Positions 59,267 to 64,000 of a DNA stretch of 64,000 nucleotides are shown in pieces (the stretch's first letter is position 1; every line of letters begins with the position of its first letter). The position numbers and the translations under genes were made by a program. The notes below the pieces were generated by a model, which did no database searches, was not told the DNA's origin, and saw only the letters and a list, made by a program, of their open reading frames with translations. Origin of the DNA: a virus; the IMG/VR virus record IMGVR_UViG_3300024999_000067, positions 22,589-86,588 of that record; one strand, 5' to 3'.

Positions 59267-61080
59267 TAATATTCTCCCTTTGTTTCTTCATAATACATTG
59301 TACCAAAATTAACATCGGCACTTCTGGATTTAAAATCTTCAGGCCCAAGGTTCCTTCCACCGTAAACTGCATTAGCTAAACTATAAATAGCGTCATCTTG
59401 GATGCCCCATTTCTCTGTCTTTTCAGGGGAACCATACCATTTTTTAAACGGGTTATGGTCAAATCTTTTGGCTTCTTCTTCAAGAATATCTGGTCCTTTG
59501 GCTCCCGGTACATATACTTTGGGAGTCTTGAACAATCCATTTTTGTATAAAGAATAGAGTTCTGAGAACATTTGACGTTGCCGGTCATACGTCGGAGAAA
59601 TAACTTCCAAAGCAATCTCATTTTCCGCACACCATTCACCCATATCCCACATACCCCATCTTTCAGAGCATAACGTATCCAAACCGTCAAATACGTCCAC
59701 CATTCTCTTCAAAACGTCCTTGATATCGTTAAGATCATTACTGGCAACGTGTGCCAAATGCATTAAAAAGTAGATATATTTCTTTACGGAACCATCTTCC
59801 AGGTAAGCATCAGGGTTATTTTTACTGTTTGGAAGCCCTTTTGCGGTCAGTGTAAGGATAGTTTTGGCCCCTGCCATCTTGTTTAACTTCAATGGATCTG
59901 CTCTATCTATCCCTGCACATAGGGCCCAATCGGTCTTAAATACATCGGTTAAACGCTGCAAATCGGTCAAATCGGACATTTTGGCATGCATGGAACCGTC
60001 ATGCAAGACGTATATTTGATCGATTTTCATCAAATCTTTCTTCAAATATGGTGCGGATAATGCCCTATCCCTGCCTATTTTCTCGTCCCGATCCCCTATT
60101 AACTCTAGTTTTTGGATAGTTTTTATGGTCTCCACAAGTTGATTCTGCATTCCAAGCGTATTATTTACCCCAATATAGTGGGTGGCTTCAACCAAATCAG
60201 CAGTAAACATAGCTTTACTGCCCGCATCCCATGTATTTTTGAAGTAACGGGCAAAATCTGCTTCGGGAAACTTGGATTTATAGGAATCTAGTTGCTGTTG
60301 GGTCATTTGCGGGTTCCAGAAGTCTTTAGAAGACCCCTCTGGACTGCAACGAAAATGAAAGAATAGTGCTGGGTCTTCACCACGACTATATGTCTGGTAC
60401 AATTTATACAGGATATGGCTTTTCTCAGATACGGTACTATCGATAACACCCAAAGCGTTCGGTATATTACGGATACTACCATCCAACTGTACAAAGAATT
60501 TCGGATTATTCATATCGAACATCTCCGAGAAGGTGTATCCGGATACGTTCGACACGATACCACTGAATGACGAGATACTTTTAATGAAAGAGCCAATATT
60601 ACCACTCTTGTCTCTCATCCGTATTTCTTTCTCTTGCACATTACGTTTACCAACTATCCGCAATAACTTCGGGCTATTCAAAATGATATCCCGCATAATA
60701 TCATAATGGACAAACTTGGTCTGTTCCTTACTATTGGCACCCAGCATGATCTGTTGCCTGGGGAAACAGAAGAATTTCCATAACTGTATCAGACACGCGA
60801 AAAGCGATTTCCCTTCACCTCGGGGCCAGCAAAATATGATCAATCTATGGATAAACTTACCATCTATCATCCGTAAAGCGTCTTCGGCAACAAGTTTCTG
60901 GGCTTCCCACATCTCCCAGTATGATCTACCAGTACTAGGATTTGGATCCCTGCTCATATCAGCGACAGGAATCCAGGTAGCTATAGTTTCCCCTTCCCGG
61001 AAGATTGGTAAACAGATATGGTCCTCTACCCACAGCCCAAACCCTTCTCCACCATTACGATACTCAGTAATGGTTCTCAT
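59266..61080 (-). CDS. terL: Terminase large subunit
   Basis: PRGEGKS Walker A, GIDRA nuclease motif, QDDAIYS. Confidence 0.85.
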   Translation of the reverse strand: MRTITEYRNGGEGFGLWVEDHICLPIFREGETIATWIPVADMSRDPNPSTGRSYWEMWEAQKLVAEDALRMIDGKFIHRLIIFCWPRGEGKSLFACLIQLWKFFCFPRQQIMLGANSKEQTKFVHYDIMRDIILNSPKLLRIVGKRNVQEKEIRMRDKSGNIGSFIKSISSFSGIVSNVSGYTFSEMFDMNNPKFFVQLDGSIRNIPNALGVIDSTVSEKSHILYKLYQTYSRGEDPALFFHFRCSPEGSSKDFWNPQMTQQQLDSYKSKFPEADFARYFKNTWDAGSKAMFTADLVEATHYIGVNNTLGMQNQLVETIKTIQKLELIGDRDEKIGRDRALSAPYLKKDLMKIDQIYVLHDGSMHAKMSDLTDLQRLTDVFKTDWALCAGIDRADPLKLNKMAGAKTILTLTAKGLPNSKNNPDAYLEDGSVKKYIYFLMHLAHVASNDLNDIKDVLKRMVDVFDGLDTLCSERWGMWDMGEWCAENEIALEVISPTYDRQRQMFSELYSLYKNGLFKTPKVYVPGAKGPDILEEEAKRFDHNPFKKWYGSPEKTEKWGIQDDAIYSLANAVYGGRNLGPEDFKSRSADVNFGTMYYEETKGEY

Positions 61081-61382
61081 ACAATTCCATGCTCCGAAAT
61101 AGGTACAGTTTGTCCAGCTAGTTTATGGGTACAGTCACCAAGAAATTGGATCATTCCTGCCTTCACAAAGCAATGGCAAACATGGTTAATACTATGTTCT
61201 TCTCTACCATCAGTCCATCTTGTCAACGCAGACGGGCTAAAGGTAGGAGAATCCACTGATTTATCCCAAGTCCAGCTACCCGCCTTATTCACAAATATGC
61301 GGTGCAGGGTTTCACAACCGGGACATTGCCAACCTATACTACCATCTTCCAGTTCAACCAATACTTTACTTATAGCTTTCAT
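61077..61382 (-). CDS. DUF6527-like Cys/His metal-binding protein
   Basis: CPGC...H, W.W......PTFSPS, CHCFV..G.IQFL.DC.H.LAGQTV. Confidence 0.65.
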   Translation of the reverse strand: MKAISKVLVELEDGSIGWQCPGCETLHRIFVNKAGSWTWDKSVDSPTFSPSALTRWTDGREEHSINHVCHCFVKAGMIQFLGDCTHKLAGQTVPISEHGIV

Positions 61383-61951
61383 ACCCTATTCCTCGTCTTA
61401 CGGATTACCTTCGGTGCCTCTCCCTCAAACAACTTATCGTAATAACCAGTGTTACCAAGAACATCATCCCCTTCCCCACCCTTACCAAAATCACTGCTGA
61501 AACTCTCAGCAAGATCATTTATATTCAGGTTAATACTCCGGATGGTTTCCCTTATCTCTCTAAACAACGGGTTCACTTGCACACTACCTTTATCGGTTAA
61601 AGTGGTTACAGGTCTACCATGGTTAGCTATCTTCAACGATACCAAATGACTAAATAACGGTATCAACTCAAACCCAATCCGAAACAAAGCCTGCTTATCT
61701 TCGGCATTCACGGAACCCATAAAATGCCGATACACGTAATCCAGATACTCCTTCCGCACTCCACACAAACTCCCCTCTTCTATATAGGGGCAAGTAGCAG
61801 CTATCTGGCAATAGTGGACGTCGCACTGTGGAACAGCGTCCCACATCACTACAGGTATTCCCTCGGTAGTGGCTCCCTTGACAATTGGTATAGTGCCCAT
61901 CCTTTCTTTTGTTCCCCTGGCACTGTGGGGTTGCGGTCCTCGTTTTCCCAT
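61379..61951 (-). CDS. Terminase small subunit (putative)
   Basis: MGKRGP N-terminus, KG..QVNPL; upstream of TerL. Confidence 0.6.
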   Translation of the reverse strand: MGKRGPQPHSARGTKERMGTIPIVKGATTEGIPVVMWDAVPQCDVHYCQIAATCPYIEEGSLCGVRKEYLDYVYRHFMGSVNAEDKQALFRIGFELIPLFSHLVSLKIANHGRPVTTLTDKGSVQVNPLFREIRETIRSINLNINDLAESFSSDFGKGGEGDDVLGNTGYYDKLFEGEAPKVIRKTRNRV

Positions 61952-62106
61952 TATCTAAACTCTGGATACTCGCTGAAGAAAGCTTCTTCGGGAGTCATGC
62001 CAGCCTCATAAGGTATAATCCAATCAGCAATAGATATCAGTTCTCCGTACTCTGCCGATATAAGTGTAAGGTGTTCGTACCATTCATCAAAAGTTCTCTT
62101 AGACAT
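61951..62106 (-). CDS. Small acidic hypothetical protein (51 aa)
   Basis: Read from sequence: MSKRTFDEW...YEAGMTPEEA; GGAGG SD. Confidence 0.55.
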   Translation of the reverse strand: MSKRTFDEWYEHLTLISAEYGELISIADWIIPYEAGMTPEEAFFSEYPEFR

Positions 62107-62136
62107 ACAAGACCTCCATTGGTTAAGGTTACTTGG

Positions 62137-62165
62137 ATGATATCTCTTCTGTTATATATTGTCAA
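62137..62165 (-). promoter_or_regulatory. Sigma70 promoter heading the terminase operon
   Basis: TTGACA-N17-TATCAT. Confidence 0.7.
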
Positions 62166-62687
62166 GGATATGTTTGATATAAAGTATTCTGCTGAGAATT
62201 TTGCTTCGGCATTTGATTGTAGAGGGATAGTGTAGGGGAACGTATGCAGGAGGGAGAAAGAAGGGTTACCGCTAAAGGTTTCAGATGACGGCTATACGGT
62301 CTCCACAAATTGAGAAAGGGTATAGGTGCTAGGGATTGGAAATGGTGGGGGCAAAGTCTGTGGTGGAAGGTTGCAGGTGCAGGCGAAAGGTTACTTCTAC
62401 AGGAGCAAGCTAAAGGCGGCAGGTGCTGGGAGACCAGTACAGTTACGTTTGGCGGAAACCCAGGGAAAATATTGTGGGGTGGACCCCATACAGGGGTACA
62501 GGGACGTACACAGCGAAAATAAAGGGGTGTCCCTCTTGACCTCTTGATCAATAAAATTGATAACAACTGAGAGTAGTCGAAACCTGATTGTCATCTCTCA
62601 GCTACATAGTCAGACCTTAATCAGGTTACATAAAAGCTTGACAACCAAATGAGGTTGTCAGGAGTGTAAAAGGCGAGTGAACACAGC

Positions 62688-62726
62688 AGACAAAGCAACG
62701 ATTGAGCCTGTATCGTTGCTTTGTCT
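62688..62726. repeat. Perfect 15-bp inverted repeat
   Basis: AGACAAAGCAACGAT-N9-ATCGTTGCTTTGTCT. Confidence 0.8.
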
Positions 62727-62759
62727 TAACTCTAATCAACAGGCTATTGAGGTTACACA

Positions 62760-63293
62760 ATGAATTTATTCGAGACTGCTAATGCAATCAAAGAGGCTAA
62801 AGAGGCTAAGGCTAGAAAGGCATCACAGGGTTCATCTCCTGACACCTTGACAGTCCCTTACTTCAAGGGGATAGTACGCAAGGGCGACAAGTACTCTGTT
62901 AGCCTTATGCCTCATGTTGTTGAGGAAAAAGGAATTATCGTAAGCGCAGAACCTGTAGCAATTCAGGTCAAACCCTTGACAGGTTCATTCTTGATCAGCT
63001 ACTTTTCCTGCCTTGCCTATCAATTGTGTAAGCACAATACAAAGGTTGTAGGCAAAAAGGTTGTAGCAGATGAGCAGCCCTTAACTGTGTTTGTTGTAGA
63101 AGCATTGTTGAGGATTGAAGGTTTTAGCCTTGACGATTACGCGCAGGGTAAAACGAAAGGTTCAGTAAGAATCGCTTCACACTTGAAAGCAATCGCAGAG
63201 CAGCGAGACTTGAAAGTCTCTGTAGATGCTAAAACAGGTATCATATCAGGCATCACTGATAAGATCGCCTGTCAAGTACTGAGTGCAATTTAA
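62760..63293 (+). CDS. Hypothetical early protein
   Basis: GAGGT SD; first gene of a divergent unit. Confidence 0.6.
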   Translation: MNLFETANAIKEAKEAKARKASQGSSPDTLTVPYFKGIVRKGDKYSVSLMPHVVEEKGIIVSAEPVAIQVKPLTGSFLISYFSCLAYQLCKHNTKVVGKKVVADEQPLTVFVVEALLRIEGFSLDDYAQGKTKGSVRIASHLKAIAEQRDLKVSVDAKTGIISGITDKIACQVLSAI

Positions 63294-63303
63294 ATCTTAA
63301 TAT

Positions 63304-63331
63304 TCCCCTGCTATCGAAAGGTAGCAGGGGA
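63304..63331 (+). promoter_or_regulatory. 12-bp GAAA-tetraloop hairpin before SD
   Basis: TCCCCTGCTATC-GAAA-GGTAGCAGGGGA then AGGAG-ATG. Confidence 0.55.
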
Positions 63332-64000
63332 TAGGAGAAACACTATGCAGGCTATAGGTTACTTGATGTTAGTCGCAATTCCTGTCTTGTATTTCTTGTA
63401 CAAGGTAATTGAGTTATCGCAGCATATTCCTGTCAGGTGAAACGATGACACATATCGAAAGGGAGTTTATCAGGAACGTCGATCTTCTCCCTTTCGACGT
63501 TCCCTTTGACTATTACGATAATTGTACAGCGTCTGAGATACAATTATCAGGACACGAAATAAGCTTGATTGAGATCATAGATAGTTTATCAGGCTATAAC
63601 CTTGAGGTACAGGAATGAAGAAACAAAAGAAAGAATTGACTGCATACGAAGTCTTTGCAGTTTACAGAATAGTGATAGGGATAATCATTGTATTAACAAT
63701 GTGCATTAACCTGTAACAAAAACGACCTGATCATGTCGCTAAACTGATCATTTTTACGCCCTGTTTTCCAGTAACCGCTTACTTGTACTTTTCTCGACCT
63801 TTCCCTTATACCCTACAGATTTTCTGTTTTGTATCCTACCTCTGGCTTTTCACTGGTCATTTTCCCCTATAGCGGTTAAGCCGCTATTCACCGCTATTCC
63901 CTGTCGTTTCTCTATTTCCCCTGTCGCTGGCATCGGTTTTGGGTACTTGTCTGGTACGATCAACCGCCGTCGCCAACCCGTTACCTTCCCCTTATCCACT

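Noticed and set aside
62162-62594. ORFs in the G-rich tract
   Set aside because: Low-complexity translations without SD; better explained as noncoding skewed DNA
1-64000. CRISPR array, rRNA, integrase, alternative genetic code
   Set aside because: No spaced direct repeats, rRNA or recombinase motifs seen; long genes are intact under the standard code

Overview
About 64 kb of an AT-rich (visually ~35-40% GC) long-tailed phage genome. No tail sheath, integrase or repressor gene is visible, and ferredoxin and lipoprotein content weakly suggests an anaerobic Gram-negative host. The + strand arm (1-22.4 kb) encodes the end of a DNA-modification cluster (SAM methyltransferase, HNH-AP2 endonuclease, intein-containing DpdA/TGT-like deazaguanine transglycosylase), a replisome (beta clamp, UDG-fused family A polymerase, DnaX-like clamp loader), recombination/repair genes (UvsY-, SSB-, RecA-like, flap endonuclease, resolvase, ATP ligase, three-piece Rad50 plus Mre11), nucleotide-pool enzymes and a tRNA-like RNA. 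The - strand arm (22.4-62.1 kb) is the virion and lysis region: terminases, portal, S49 protease, decoration protein, lambda-E-type capsid, neck, tail tube, GGGAAAG-frameshifted chaperones, a 2346-aa tape measure, tail-tip paralogs, an SGNH-esterase fibre, and a lysis block carrying lipoproteins, a receiver domain, a secreted nuclease and a ferredoxin. Main highlights: (1) a diversity-generating retroelement whose C-type-lectin target, diversified variable repeat (VR) and hairpin are intact, but whose avd, template repeat (TR) and RT N-terminus appear lost in one deletion; (2) an apparently split/permuted, intein-interrupted DpdA; (3) a tRNA-like RNA with an expanded anticodon domain; (4) a structured, strand-skewed region at 62.2-64 kb that may be the genome end. 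All family assignments come from motif recognition, not database searches.
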